The notes below the pieces were generated by a model. It ran no database searches and was not told where the DNA came from. It was given only the letters and a program-made list of their open reading frames with translations. Source: Candidatus Limnocylindrales bacterium (GTDB lineage: Bacteria; Chloroflexota; Limnocylindria; Limnocylindrales; CSP1-4). Taken from it: DNA of 58,306 nucleotides. Shown here in pieces: positions 1 to 9,340 of the stretch (its first letter is position 1; every line of letters starts with the position of its first letter). The stretch is taken from assembly GCA_052144055.1 (NCBI GenBank), contig JBKQRF010000172.1, forward strand, positions 1-58,306, given 5' to 3'. The position numbers and the translations under genes are program-made.

Positions 1-119
1 ACCAAAGCAACGACGTCGTGGGAGGTTGGGCCGGCCGGCTTAGCAACGACGAGAATCCCAGCAGGCGTAGCGTGAACCGGCCTGCCCCGCCCCAGCACCC
101 GGTCACGACGCCCGGTCAC
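1..119 (-). CDS. truB: tRNA pseudouridine(55) synthase TruB, N-terminal fragment running off the window
   Basis: Manual reverse translation of 119->1 gives VTGRRDRVLGRGRPVHATPAGILVVAKPAGPTSHDVVAL. GILVVAKPAGPTSHDVV is the TruB N-terminal signature. GTG at 119-117 overlaps the nrnA TGA (GTGA). The position after rbfA-nrnA is as expected. Confidence 0.75.
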   Translation of the reverse strand, partial: MTGRRDRVLGRGRPVHATPAGILVVAKPAGPTSHDVVAL

Positions 120-1129
120 CCGAGAGACTCCGGCGATCGCAGCATGCGCCGGGCGGCATCGAGCACCTCCCGGGCCGCCGCGTCGAGGGGCAGCGGGACC
201 GTCGCGCCGGAAGCCCGCGCATGGCCGCCACCACCCCAGAGGCCCGCCAGCTCGGTCGCGTCCGGCCCGCCATCGCAAGTCCGGATGCTGATCCTCGTCT
301 CGCCGGGCTGCTCCTTGAAGAGCAAGACGATCTCGGCCGCCTGGGCCTGCCCGAGCAGGTCGATCATCCCCTCGGAGTACGCGGGCACCCCGCCGATGGA
401 AGCCAGGTCGTCAAGCGTGAGCGTGGACCAGACGAGCCGGCCGTCCATTTCCGACTCGAGGCGGGCCAGCACCCGCCCGAACAGCTTCAGCTGCACGTCG
501 GGCTTCGTCCGGTAGAGAAGGCGCGACGTCGCCGACAGTGGCGCCCCGGCCGCCACGAGATCGGCCCCGACGCGCAGGGTGCGCGGTGTCACGTTCGGGT
601 GCTGGAACGTAGCCGTGTCCATCACCAAGCCGGCCAACAGGCTGTCGGCCACTGCACCGGCGCCGGTCGTGAGCGGCACGCCCATCGCCCCGAGGAGCAG
701 TGTCACCATCTCGCATGTGGCGGCCGCCCGTGCGTCGATCCAGTTGACGGCGCCGAAGCCGGGGTTCGACTTGTGATGGTCGACGTTAACTATCGGGACC
801 CGCGCGAAGAGCTCGGCGTGCGTCTCCAGAAGCGGGCCGACCCTGGCCAGCTCCCCGCAGTCCAGTACCACGACTAGGTCATAGTCGACCGCCGGGTCTG
901 GGGTGGTGCGGAAGCGCTGGACGGAAGGCATGAACCCGTACAGCTCGGGAACCGGGTCCGCGCACACCGGCGTGGCCACGGCGCCCAGCGACTCGAGCGC
1001 GACGGCCAGCGAAAGCGCGGAGCCGAGCGCATCGGCCTCCGGGTTCTCGTGGCAGATCGTCACCACGCGGCACGTCGAGCGGAGACGCGACACGACCTCG
1101 GCCGGCACGGCGGCGAGGTCGGCAGGCAT
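116..1129 (-). CDS. nrnA: DHH/DHHA1 phosphoesterase (NrnA-type oligoribonuclease / pAp phosphatase)
   Basis: Part of ORF 116..1309. It has the DHH motif NVDHHKSN and the DHHA1 motif GGGGHARASG. I trimmed the start to ATG 1129 (MPADLAAVPAEVV...), downstream of the rbfA stop. Confidence 0.85.
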   Translation of the reverse strand: MPADLAAVPAEVVSRLRSTCRVVTICHENPEADALGSALSLAVALESLGAVATPVCADPVPELYGFMPSVQRFRTTPDPAVDYDLVVVLDCGELARVGPLLETHAELFARVPIVNVDHHKSNPGFGAVNWIDARAAATCEMVTLLLGAMGVPLTTGAGAVADSLLAGLVMDTATFQHPNVTPRTLRVGADLVAAGAPLSATSRLLYRTKPDVQLKLFGRVLARLESEMDGRLVWSTLTLDDLASIGGVPAYSEGMIDLLGQAQAAEIVLLFKEQPGETRISIRTCDGGPDATELAGLWGGGGHARASGATVPLPLDAAAREVLDAARRMLRSPESLG

Positions 1130-1173
1130 GAGCGACGACGCGAACACGGGCGACGTCCGCGGGACGGCCGCCG

Positions 1174-1719
1174 TCACGGCCGCCGTCCCTGCCGGGCTGC
1201 ACGGGGAGATACTGACCGCCAAGGCAGGGCTCGCTTCTTGTGGGCGCGCGTCGCAGGCAATGCCGAGTCGGGCATCGATGTGCCCGGAGCCGTTGCGTCG
1301 GGGGCCCACGCATCGGGCTCGTCGGGATGCCGCGGCCCCGGCGTGGGCAGCGTCTCGCCGGGCGCTGACGGCGCAGGCTCACGTCCCGCCTCCAGGTCGC
1401 CGAGGATCTGCAGCACCCGCGCGCCACGCTCGACGCTGTCGTCGAGCTCAAGATGCAGCTCAGGGATACGACGCAGGCGGAGCACGCCGAGTTCGTGGCG
1501 GACGAACGGCATCGCGCGCGCCAGCGCTCGGAACGTCGCCTGCCGCTCGTCCAGCTGGCCGATGATCGACACCCACACTTTCGCATGCCGCAGGTCGGGC
1601 GCCGTCTGCACGCGCGTCACTGTGGCGAACCCAATGCGCGGGTCGTGCACATCACGCATGACGATCCGGCTGATCTCTTCTTGCAGCAGCTGGTCGACAC
1701 GAGCCGTGCGCTCCGTCAT
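1174..1719 (-). CDS. rbfA: ribosome-binding factor A
   Basis: MTERTARVDQLLQEEISRIVMRDVHDPRIGFATVTRVQTAPDLRHAKVWVS is the RbfA core. Start is ATG at 1719. There is a Pro/Ala-rich C-terminal tail of about 60 aa. Confidence 0.9.
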   Translation of the reverse strand: MTERTARVDQLLQEEISRIVMRDVHDPRIGFATVTRVQTAPDLRHAKVWVSIIGQLDERQATFRALARAMPFVRHELGVLRLRRIPELHLELDDSVERGARVLQILGDLEAGREPAPSAPGETLPTPGPRHPDEPDAWAPDATAPGTSMPDSALPATRAHKKRALPWRSVSPRAARQGRRP

Positions 1720-1757
1720 GGTGCCCGCTTCGCGAGGTCCGGCGCGGAATGTGGCGC

Positions 1758-3662
1758 TCAGGCGCCGGCCGCGCGCGAGACCGTCTGCTGGGTGAAGCAC
1801 TCGATGACGTCACCGTCCTGGAGGTCGTGATGACCCGCCAGGCCGATTCCGCACTCGAAGCCTGCCGCCACCTCTCGCACATCATCCCGGAAACGACGCA
1901 GCGAGTCGATCCGGTCGGTTGCCAAGACGCGGCCGCTGCGATACACGCGGGCCCCACCGCGGACAATCCGGCCGTCGGTGACGTAGGACCCCGCAACGAC
2001 CTGCCCACCTCGCCCCACCTTGAAGACCTGGCGGACTTCTGCGCGTCCCTCGACGACCTCCACGATCTCTGGCTCGAGCATGCCCTTGAGGGCCGCCTCA
2101 ATATCGTCGGTCAGCTTGTAGATTATGTCGTACAGCCGGACGTCCACGCCCTCGGCTTCGGCGGTGCGCCTCGCCTGCGGATCGAGCTTCGTGCTGAATC
2201 CGACGACGATCGCGTCAGACGCCGACGCGAGCAGGATGTCGTTGTCCGTGATGTCTCCCGTACCCTCGTGGATTACGTTGATCCGGACCTCGTCCGTCGA
2301 GACCTGGTCCAGGGCGTGGGTGATGGCACCGAGCGAACCCTGCACGTCCGCCTTGATTACGATCCGCAGCTCGCGGGTTTGGCCGGCTTGGATCTGCCGG
2401 TAGAGGTCCTCGAGCGTAGCGCGAGCGCCTCCCTCGGACTTCGCCCCTGCCTGGACACGGCGCTGATCGACGATGGCGCGCGCCGCGCGCTCGTCCGGGA
2501 CCACCTGCACCGTGTCGCCCGCCGCGGGCACGTCCGCCAGGCCGAGCAGCACCACGGCCGACGAAGGTCCGGCCTTCGTCACGCGTGCACCGACGCTGTT
2601 CTCCATCGCCCGGACGTGGCCGAATGTCGAGCCCACCACGACGGTATCGCCGATCTTCAGCGTGCCAGTCTGCACCAGCACGGTCGCCACTGGCCCGCGG
2701 CCCTTGTCAAGCTCCGCCTCCACTACGGTGCCAACGGCGGCCCGCTTCGGGTTCGCCTTGAGATCCTGGAGGTCCGCCACGAGCAGAATCATCTCCAGCA
2801 GCTCGTCGATCCCGGTGCGCTGTTTGGCGCTGACAGGAACGAGCGGGGTGTCGCCGCCGTACTCCTCGACGAGCACGCCGTGCTCGGACAGTTCGGTCTT
2901 GACGCGGTCCACGTTGGCGTCGGCCTTGTCGATCTTGTTGAGCGCGACGATGACAGGCACGCGCGCGGCCCTCGCGTGGTCGATCGCCTCGACCGTCTGC
3001 GGCATCACACCGTCGTCGGCAGCGACTACCAAGACGGCAATGTCGGTCACCTTGGCGCCGCGCGCCCGCATGGCCGTGAACGCCTCGTGGCCGGGCGTGT
3101 CGAGGAAGACGATGCGCTTGCCGTCCTTGACCACCTCGCTGGCGCCGATGTGCTGGGTGATCCCGCCGCGCTCGCCAGCGGCGACGCTGGTCGCCCGAAT
3201 GGCATCAAGGAGGCTCGTCTTGCCGTGGTCCACGTGGCCCATCACGGTCACGATGGGCGCGCGCGGCACCAGCTTGCTCAAGTCGTCCTCGACCCAGAGC
3301 TGCTCCTTGGCAGCCGGCGCAGGCTGTGCCTCGGCCTCGCCCTCCTCGACAAGGCGAGGCACAGCGACGGCCTCCGCCACCTCGTAGCCCAGCTCTTCGG
3401 CGACGAGGCTGGCTGTGTCGCGGTCGATGCTCTGGTTGATGGTCGCGAAGATTCCGCTCTTAATGAGCTCGCGGATCACATCAGCAGGGTTCACGCGGAG
3501 CAGGCCGGCTAGTTCCTGGACGGTGACGGTCGGGGCGATCTCGATCGCGCCGCACTCGCTCGGTTCGACGACTTCGACTCCCAACCCGGTGATCTGATCC
3601 GGACGGCGCGGCGGCTTGCGGGGTCCGCGGCGACCGCGGGTTCCACTGCGGCTTCGTGCCAC
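1758..3662 (-). CDS. infB: translation initiation factor IF-2
   Basis: G domain motifs [27 protein letters not shown] and NKID are present. Start is set to GTG 3662, preceded by AAGGAGG (3668-3674), which overlaps the ylxR stop. The longer ORF reaching 3779 has no RBS. Confidence 0.95.
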   Translation of the reverse strand: MARSRSGTRGRRGPRKPPRRPDQITGLGVEVVEPSECGAIEIAPTVTVQELAGLLRVNPADVIRELIKSGIFATINQSIDRDTASLVAEELGYEVAEAVAVPRLVEEGEAEAQPAPAAKEQLWVEDDLSKLVPRAPIVTVMGHVDHGKTSLLDAIRATSVAAGERGGITQHIGASEVVKDGKRIVFLDTPGHEAFTAMRARGAKVTDIAVLVVAADDGVMPQTVEAIDHARAARVPVIVALNKIDKADANVDRVKTELSEHGVLVEEYGGDTPLVPVSAKQRTGIDELLEMILLVADLQDLKANPKRAAVGTVVEAELDKGRGPVATVLVQTGTLKIGDTVVVGSTFGHVRAMENSVGARVTKAGPSSAVVLLGLADVPAAGDTVQVVPDERAARAIVDQRRVQAGAKSEGGARATLEDLYRQIQAGQTRELRIVIKADVQGSLGAITHALDQVSTDEVRINVIHEGTGDITDNDILLASASDAIVVGFSTKLDPQARRTAEAEGVDVRLYDIIYKLTDDIEAALKGMLEPEIVEVVEGRAEVRQVFKVGRGGQVVAGSYVTDGRIVRGGARVYRSGRVLATDRIDSLRRFRDDVREVAAGFECGIGLAGHHDLQDGDVIECFTQQTVSRAAGA

Positions 3663-3676
3663 GGGTGCCTCCTTGG

Positions 3677-3907
3677 TCAGTCGAGCGAGCCGGCGGTCAG
3701 CCGGTCGCGAAGGGGTTCGGGTGTCGGGACGCCGAGCGCCCGTTCGAGGGCGCCCCGGCGGACGGCCTCGGCCGCGCACGTTCCCGACGCGCAGACGTAG
3801 GCACCGCGGCCGGGCAGCCTGCCGGTTGGATCGATCTCAACGGATCCGGCTGCGGTCCGCACGACGCGCACGAGCTCCCGCTTGGCTCGCTCCGTGCGGC
3901 ACGCCAC
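3677..3907 (-). CDS. ylxR: YlxR family (DUF448) RNA-binding protein
   Basis: CRTERAKRELVRVVRTAAGSVEIDPTGRLPGRGAYVC matches the YlxR pattern. It sits in the canonical position between nusA and infB. Confidence 0.8.
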   Translation of the reverse strand: MACRTERAKRELVRVVRTAAGSVEIDPTGRLPGRGAYVCASGTCAAEAVRRGALERALGVPTPEPLRDRLTAGSLD

Positions 3908-3951
3908 GCAGGTGCGGGCGGGCTGGCGCCGCTGCTGCGGCTCGCCGCCGG

Positions 3952-5298
3952 CTACGGGGCCACCTCCTCGGCGGGTCCTAGGGCCGGTTTCGCGTGCTGG
4001 TCTGGCAACGAGACGCCCGGGCGCGTCGTGTCACGGTTGGTGCGCCGCGCTCTGGCCGGCCGGGCAGCCGAGGTTTCCTCGGCTGGCGAGGGTGCAGGAT
4101 CCCCCGTCGGCTCGGTCTTCGGATCCTCGGCCCGCGCGGTCCCCGAAATAACGGCCGGCGGGTCCGCGGCAGCGTCGATCGTTTCGGCTCGCCTGGACGC
4201 TGAAGCCTCGGCAGTCCCGGCCGCCCTGGCGACTGGGGCAATCGGCCCGGCATGCTCCTCTGCCCGCGGCTGGTCGCTCCGGATGTCAATGCGCCAGCCG
4301 GTGAGTTTCGCTGCCAGCCGCGCGTTCTGTCCCTCCCGCCCGATCGCGAGCGACAGCATGCGCTCGGGCACAGTCACGGTCGCGATTCGCGCGGTCTCGT
4401 CGATTGTCACGCCCACGACCTGCGCCGGGCTCAGTGCGTTCGCCACGAACTGGGCTGGATCCTCGGCCCACGGGATCACGTCGAGCTTCTCGCCATTCAG
4501 CTCGGCCACCACCGCCTGCACGCGGCCACCGCGCTGACCGACCGTCGCCCCGACAGGGTCGAGCCCCTCCTGGCGGCTCGCCACGGCGACCTTGGAACGG
4601 CTGCCGGCCTCGCGGGCGATCGCCTTGATCTCGACCGTGCCGTTGTGGATCTCGGGGACTTCGAGCTCGAACAACCGGCGCAGCAGCCCCTTGTGTGTCC
4701 GGCTCACATAGACTTGGGGGCCCTTCGTGGTCCGGCGCACCTCGAGCACATACGCCTTTACATGTTGCCCGATGCGATAACTCTCGGTGGGCGACTGCTC
4801 GGTCGTGGATAGGACGGCTTCCACTCCCTTGCCCATGTCCAGGATTATCCCGCGCGGTTCGACGCGATTCACTGTACCGGTGATGATCTCCGCCTCGCGC
4901 TGGGCGTACTGCCCGAAGACGACCTCGCGCTCGGCCTCCCGCAGGCGCTGCAGCACAAGCTGCTTGGCCGTCTGCGCGTGGATCCGGCCGAAGCTGGCAG
5001 CGTCCAGCTCCTGGGTTTCGAGGATGTCGCCCGGCTGCGCGTTCGGCTTGAGCCTGCGCGCCTCCTCGAGGGTGAACTCGGTAAGAGGGTCCTCGACTTC
5101 CTCGACGGCAACCATCGCGCGGTAGACCCGGATCCGGCCCGTCTCCGGATCGATTTCAACGTAGACGTTCTCGTTCCCTGGCGCCACCCGCCGGTACGCG
5201 GCCTGGATGGCCTCCTCGACGGTCTTCACGAGCTGCTCGCGCGGGACGCCCTTCTCGGCGTTCAGCTGCAGGAGGGCGCCGATGAAATCACGGCTCAC
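3952..5298 (-). CDS. nusA: transcription termination/antitermination factor NusA
   Basis: The NusA N-terminal domain, S1 and KH regions are recognisable (VSRDFIGALLQLNAEKGVPREQL..., IIRVYRAM, GPQVYVSRTH, GREGQNARLAAKLTGWRIDIRS). Start is GTG 5298 with AGGAGG 6 nt upstream. There is a long low-complexity C-terminal tail. Confidence 0.95.
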   Translation of the reverse strand: MSRDFIGALLQLNAEKGVPREQLVKTVEEAIQAAYRRVAPGNENVYVEIDPETGRIRVYRAMVAVEEVEDPLTEFTLEEARRLKPNAQPGDILETQELDAASFGRIHAQTAKQLVLQRLREAEREVVFGQYAQREAEIITGTVNRVEPRGIILDMGKGVEAVLSTTEQSPTESYRIGQHVKAYVLEVRRTTKGPQVYVSRTHKGLLRRLFELEVPEIHNGTVEIKAIAREAGSRSKVAVASRQEGLDPVGATVGQRGGRVQAVVAELNGEKLDVIPWAEDPAQFVANALSPAQVVGVTIDETARIATVTVPERMLSLAIGREGQNARLAAKLTGWRIDIRSDQPRAEEHAGPIAPVARAAGTAEASASRRAETIDAAADPPAVISGTARAEDPKTEPTGDPAPSPAEETSAARPARARRTNRDTTRPGVSLPDQHAKPALGPAEEVAP

Positions 5299-5323
5299 AC
5301 TGCGCCTCCTCTCGGCTCGTGCC

Positions 5324-5362
5324 GACCCCCACTCACAAGAAGACGTGGGGGTCACCCACGTC
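5324..5362 (-). promoter_or_regulatory. nusA leader: terminator-like hairpin with a mutually exclusive alternative helix
   Basis: The leader RNA (minus strand) contains GACGUGGG-UGACC-CCCACGUC, an 8-bp stem followed by UUCUUGUG. The segment GACCCCCAC inside this hairpin is also perfectly complementary to the downstream GUGGGGGUC (plus 5324-5332). Confidence 0.35.
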
Positions 5363-5391
5363 GGAGCGGCGGCCTGCGGTCGGTCCGCCTC

Positions 5392-5400
5392 AGTATATCA
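5392..5400 (-). promoter_or_regulatory. candidate extended -10 promoter element (TGATATACT) for nusA operon
   Basis: The reverse complement of agtatatca is TGATATACT. This AT-rich 9-mer lies in the proS-nusA gap, about 90 nt upstream of the nusA GTG. It belongs to the recurring TGnTAnAnT set. Confidence 0.45.
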
Positions 5401-5409
5401 CCCGGCAGC

Positions 5410-5430
5410 CTCCGGCCCAGAGGCCGGGAG
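5410..5430 (-). terminator. GC-rich hairpin directly after proS stop
   Basis: Minus strand CUCCCGGCC-UCUG-GGCCGGAG forms a stem with one bulge, 2 nt after the proS TGA. There is no U-tract. Confidence 0.3.
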
Positions 5431-5431
5431 A

Positions 5432-6889
5432 TCAGTACGCCCGGGCGAAGACGACTTGGCGCTCTGACGGGCGGCCGTCCACGATGCACCGACCGGTCTC
5501 AGCGGGCGAATCAAATGGAATGTTCCGTATCGTCGCGCCCGTCTCCCGACACACCCTGGCCTCGCATTCGGCCGACCCGCACCAGTGAGCCCAGAGAAAC
5601 CCGCCCTGCTCCTCGTTCACTCGCCTGAACGCGTCGTAGTCGTCCACGTGGTGCGTATTCGCGTCGCGGAAGTCGAGCGCGCGCTGGAACAGCTCCTGCT
5701 GATACCCCTGCAGGCGCAGCGGAAGCTCGTTCGCCAGCAGGTCGAGCGGCACGGCCTCCTTCGAGCGATCGACGCGCCGGACGAGCATGCCCTGTCGGGC
5801 AGCCACGTCGCGCGGCCCGACCTCGATCCGGAACGGAACGCCGCGCAGCTCCCAGTGGTTGTACTTGAAGCCGGGGGACTCCTCGCGCCAGTCCACCTCG
5901 AGGCGCACACCCCGCCCTTCGGGTGTCGAACGAAGTGCCAGTTCGAAACGCTCAATCGCGTCGGCCACGGCTGATCGGTCGGCGTCCGAGCGGAAGATCG
6001 GGATCACCACGACCTGCACGGGCGCCACCCTCGGCGGCAGCACTAGCCCGCTGTCGTCGCCGTGGGCCATGATCGTCGCGCCGACCATTCGGGTGCTGAA
6101 GCCCCAGGAAGTCCCGTGCGGATGACGGCGTTGATTGTCGCGGTCGAGGAACGTGATGCCCGCCGCCTGCGCGAAGTTCGACCCGAGGTAGTGGCTGGTA
6201 CCGGCTTGCAGTGCCTTCCGGTCGCGCATCATGGCCTCGATCGAGTACGTGTACACGGCGCCGGGGAACTTCTCGCCCTCGCTCTTGCGACCGCCGATCA
6301 CCGGGAGCGCGAGCCACTCCTCGGCGACTTTCCGATAGATCTCCAGGCCGAGGTCCACCTCCTCGCGCGCCTCCTGCTCAGTGGCGTGGAACGTGTGCGC
6401 CTCTTGCCAGAGGAACTCGGTGGTGCGCAGGAATAGCCGTGTGCGGAGCTCCCACCGCACCACGTTGTTCCACAGGTTCATCAGCAACGGCAGGTCTCGG
6501 TAGGACTGGATCCAGTCCTTGATCGTCTCGGCGATGATCGCCTCACTGGTGGGGCGGATCGCCAGCCACTCGTCGAGCTCCTTTCCGCCCGCATGGGTGA
6601 CCCAGGCGACCTGCGGGTTGAAGCCCTCCACGTGCGCCGCCTCCTTCTCGAGGAGCGAGCGCGGAACGAACAGCGGGAAGTAGACGTTGCTGTGCCCAGT
6701 CGCCTTGATGTGGCGGTCCAGCTCGTCCCGCATCGACTCCCAGATGGCGTAGCCGTAGGGGCGGATCACCATGCAGCCGCGCACGGGAGAGTAGGACGCT
6801 AGCTCGGCCTTGAGAACGACGTCGTTGTACCAGGCAGGGAAGTCGTCCGACTGGCGCGTGATCGTGGTGACGAAACCCTCCCTGGTCAC
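5432..6889 (-). CDS. proS: proline--tRNA ligase (archaeal/eukaryote-like class II type)
   Basis: TITRQSDDFPAWYNDVVLKAELASYSPVRGCMVIRPYGYAIWE and GTSHYLGSNFA are ProRS signatures. Start is GTG 6889 preceded by AGGAGG. Confidence 0.95.
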   Translation of the reverse strand: MTREGFVTTITRQSDDFPAWYNDVVLKAELASYSPVRGCMVIRPYGYAIWESMRDELDRHIKATGHSNVYFPLFVPRSLLEKEAAHVEGFNPQVAWVTHAGGKELDEWLAIRPTSEAIIAETIKDWIQSYRDLPLLMNLWNNVVRWELRTRLFLRTTEFLWQEAHTFHATEQEAREEVDLGLEIYRKVAEEWLALPVIGGRKSEGEKFPGAVYTYSIEAMMRDRKALQAGTSHYLGSNFAQAAGITFLDRDNQRRHPHGTSWGFSTRMVGATIMAHGDDSGLVLPPRVAPVQVVVIPIFRSDADRSAVADAIERFELALRSTPEGRGVRLEVDWREESPGFKYNHWELRGVPFRIEVGPRDVAARQGMLVRRVDRSKEAVPLDLLANELPLRLQGYQQELFQRALDFRDANTHHVDDYDAFRRVNEEQGGFLWAHWCGSAECEARVCRETGATIRNIPFDSPAETGRCIVDGRPSERQVVFARAY

Positions 6890-6973
6890 GAGACCTCCTG
6901 CTGCAACGGCGACGAACGGAGCACGGGCCGCTGCGCGCACCTCAAGCGACGCCAGCCGCTTCTCCGGGCGCCT

Positions 6974-6979
6974 ATGGTA
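6974..6979 (-). promoter_or_regulatory. weak candidate -10 hexamer (TACCAT) upstream of proS
   Basis: GCGCTACCATAGG lies in the ispG-proS gap. It lacks the TG extension seen in the other candidates. Confidence 0.2.
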
Positions 6980-7025
6980 GCGCAGGGTCTGAGGCGGAGA
7001 GGCGAGAACGGCCGACACAGCGCAA

Positions 7026-8258
7026 CTATCCCGCGGAGACCGGCGCCTCGCGCCTCCCGAAGCGCCGCTCGATGTAGCCGTCGAGGATCGCCTTGAACTC
7101 CTCGACCAGTCTCTCACCGCGCAGCGTCGTGGACAGCCTTCCATCGACGTAGACGGGCGCTACAGGGTCCTCGAACGTGCCCGGGAGCGAGATGCCGATG
7201 TCGGCGTGTTTCGATTCGCCGGGGCCGTTCACCACGCACCCCATGACCGCAACCCGCATGCCCTCCACGCCCGGGTAGCGCTCGCGCCAGGCCGGCATCG
7301 AGGCTGCCAGGTAGGCCTGCACCTGCTGCGCCAGCTCCTGAAAGAACGCGCTCGTCGTCCGACCGCAGCCGGGACAGGCAGACACCTGCGGCAGGAACTG
7401 ACGAAGCCCGAGCGACTGCAGCACCTGTTGGCCGACCCGTACCTCCTCGACCCGGTCGCCGCCTGGGTCGGGCGTGATCGAGACGCGGATCGTCTCACCG
7501 ATGCCCTCGTGGAGCAGGATCGCGAGGCCGGCGGTTGTCGCCACGACGCCCTTCGTGCCCATGCCCGCCTCAGTGAGCCCGAGGTGCAGCGGGTAATCGC
7601 AGCGGGAGGCCAGACGCCGATAGACCTCGACTAGGTCGACCACGCCGGAGACCTTGGCCGACAGGATGATGTGGTCGTGAGCCAAGCCGGTCGCCTCCGC
7701 CAGCTCGGCCGAGCGGAGCGCCGACTGCACCATCGCCTCGATCATAACGTCGCGCGCAGAGGCGGGCTCCGGCAGTCGCGCGTTCGCGTCCATCAGGCCG
7801 CTCAGGAGCGCTTGGTCGAGCGAGCCCCAGTTCACTCCGATACGGACCGGCTTCTCGCGCTCGATCGCCACCTGCACGATGGTTATGAAGCGCTCGTCGT
7901 GATGCTCTTTCGATCCGACATTCCCCGGGTTAATGCGGTACTTGTCAAGCGCGCGCGCCATCGCCGGGTACTGGACCAGCAGCTGGTGCCCGTTGTAATG
8001 GAAGTCGCCGACGATGGGCACGCCAACACCCAGCCCACGCACTTTGCGCACCAGGTCCGGGACTGCCGCAGCCGCGCCGTCGTTGTTGACGGTGACCCGC
8101 ACGAGCTCGCTGCCGGCATGGGCGAGCGAGGCGACTTGGAGGGCCGTCGCGTCTGGGTCGGCCGTGTCGGTGTTGGTCATCGACTGCACCACGACCGGCC
8201 AGTGCGACCCGATCGGCACGCCACCGACCATCACGGTGGGGGTCTCGCGACGGCTCAC
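7026..8258 (-). CDS. ispG: 4-hydroxy-3-methylbut-2-en-1-yl diphosphate synthase (IspG/GcpE)
   Basis: [51 protein letters not shown] matches IspG. Start is GTG 8258, overlapping the rseP TGA (GTGA). Confidence 0.95.
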   Translation of the reverse strand: MSRRETPTVMVGGVPIGSHWPVVVQSMTNTDTADPDATALQVASLAHAGSELVRVTVNNDGAAAAVPDLVRKVRGLGVGVPIVGDFHYNGHQLLVQYPAMARALDKYRINPGNVGSKEHHDERFITIVQVAIEREKPVRIGVNWGSLDQALLSGLMDANARLPEPASARDVMIEAMVQSALRSAELAEATGLAHDHIILSAKVSGVVDLVEVYRRLASRCDYPLHLGLTEAGMGTKGVVATTAGLAILLHEGIGETIRVSITPDPGGDRVEEVRVGQQVLQSLGLRQFLPQVSACPGCGRTTSAFFQELAQQVQAYLAASMPAWRERYPGVEGMRVAVMGCVVNGPGESKHADIGISLPGTFEDPVAPVYVDGRLSTTLRGERLVEEFKAILDGYIERRFGRREAPVSAG

Positions 8259-9340
8259 GAGCCGGCGCCCCCCCTCACGATGTCGAAGTAGCTGACCCAC
8301 ACGAGGAACCCGAACAGCAGCACAAATCCGACGAAGTAGGTGGCCCGCTCCAGGCTCGCGCTGATGCGGTTGCGAGTCGCCGACTGCAGCACCGACACGA
8401 CGATGCGGCCTCCGTCGAGCGGCGGGAACGGCAGCACGTTGACCACGGCCAGGTTCGCCGAGAGCAGCGCGATGAGCCAAAGCAGGACCACGGGCGGCGC
8501 CTCCGTCCGAACGGTGCCCACGGCCTCGGCGATGCCGATCGGCCCGCTCACCGGCGGGGCAGCACCCGGGTTGCTGGCGATGGAAGTCACGAGCTGGCCC
8601 AGTGCGCCGACGATGAGTCCACAGGCCTCGACCGTGCGGTCCGCTCCGAGTCCGATCGCCGCCGGCAGGGAGCGTTGGACGATCGCACCGGGCACAATGC
8701 GGGCGGTGATGCCCAGGGCGCCGCGGCCCGCGTTGACCGCGGCCTGGTCTTGCAAGGTGACAGGGATCTGGCGGGTGGTACCGCCAGCTGGCTGCACAGT
8801 CAGCGTCACGTGGTCCCCGGCGTGGGCGAGCAGATATCCGGTGGGCGCCTGGTCGTCGAAGTACGGGAACGTGCGCCCATCCACCGCGGTGATCACGTCG
8901 CCGGCGCGCAGCCCGATCGCGGAGGCCGGCGTCCCCGCCGCCACCGACCCGACCTGCGCATCGGCCGTGGGTTCGAGGCCGGCGGCGATGACTGTGAAAA
9001 TCACGAACGCCAGTAGGACGTTCATGGCCACGCCAGCCAGCAGGATCACGACACGTACGAGGAGCGACTTCCGCCCGAAGCTGCGCGGGTCATCGCTGCC
9101 GCCGTCCTCGCCCTCAAGGCGCACGAAGCCTCCGATGGGCAGCCAGTTCAGCGTGTACTCGGTCTCACCGTCGCTGCCGAGGCGCGCCGCGCGGGGCGGG
9201 AAGCCGATCCCGAACTCGTGGACCCGGACGCCGGCCAGCCGCGCCACGAGAAAGTGACCAAACTCGTGCACAACGACAAGCCCGACCAAGATGGCCAGGA
9301 AGACGACCAGCGTGACGCCGGAGTTGAGGAAGCCGCTCAC
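8255..9340 (-). CDS. rseP: RIP metalloprotease RseP (M50 site-2 protease with PDZ)
   Basis: [25 protein letters not shown] carries the HExxH motif, and several hydrophobic segments are present. Start is GTG 9340, overlapping the dxr TGA. Confidence 0.9.
   Translation of the reverse strand: MSGFLNSGVTLVVFLAILVGLVVVHEFGHFLVARLAGVRVHEFGIGFPPRAARLGSDGETEYTLNWLPIGGFVRLEGEDGGSDDPRSFGRKSLLVRVVILLAGVAMNVLLAFVIFTVIAAGLEPTADAQVGSVAAGTPASAIGLRAGDVITAVDGRTFPYFDDQAPTGYLLAHAGDHVTLTVQPAGGTTRQIPVTLQDQAAVNAGRGALGITARIVPGAIVQRSLPAAIGLGADRTVEACGLIVGALGQLVTSIASNPGAAPPVSGPIGIAEAVGTVRTEAPPVVLLWLIALLSANLAVVNVLPFPPLDGGRIVVSVLQSATRNRISASLERATYFVGFVLLFGFLVWVSYFDIVRGGAGS

Noticed and set aside
1749-3512. A long plus-strand ORF (587 aa) antisense to infB. 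Similar long antisense ORFs lie opposite smc (24094..25290, 25176..26576), priA/def (41570..43018), gmk/rluD (44177..45460), dxr/cdsA (10250..11425) and others.
   Set aside because: They are Arg/Pro/Ala/Gly-rich with no recognisable motifs. Each lies opposite an unambiguous conserved gene. This is the expected stop-codon-poor artefact of GC-rich DNA.
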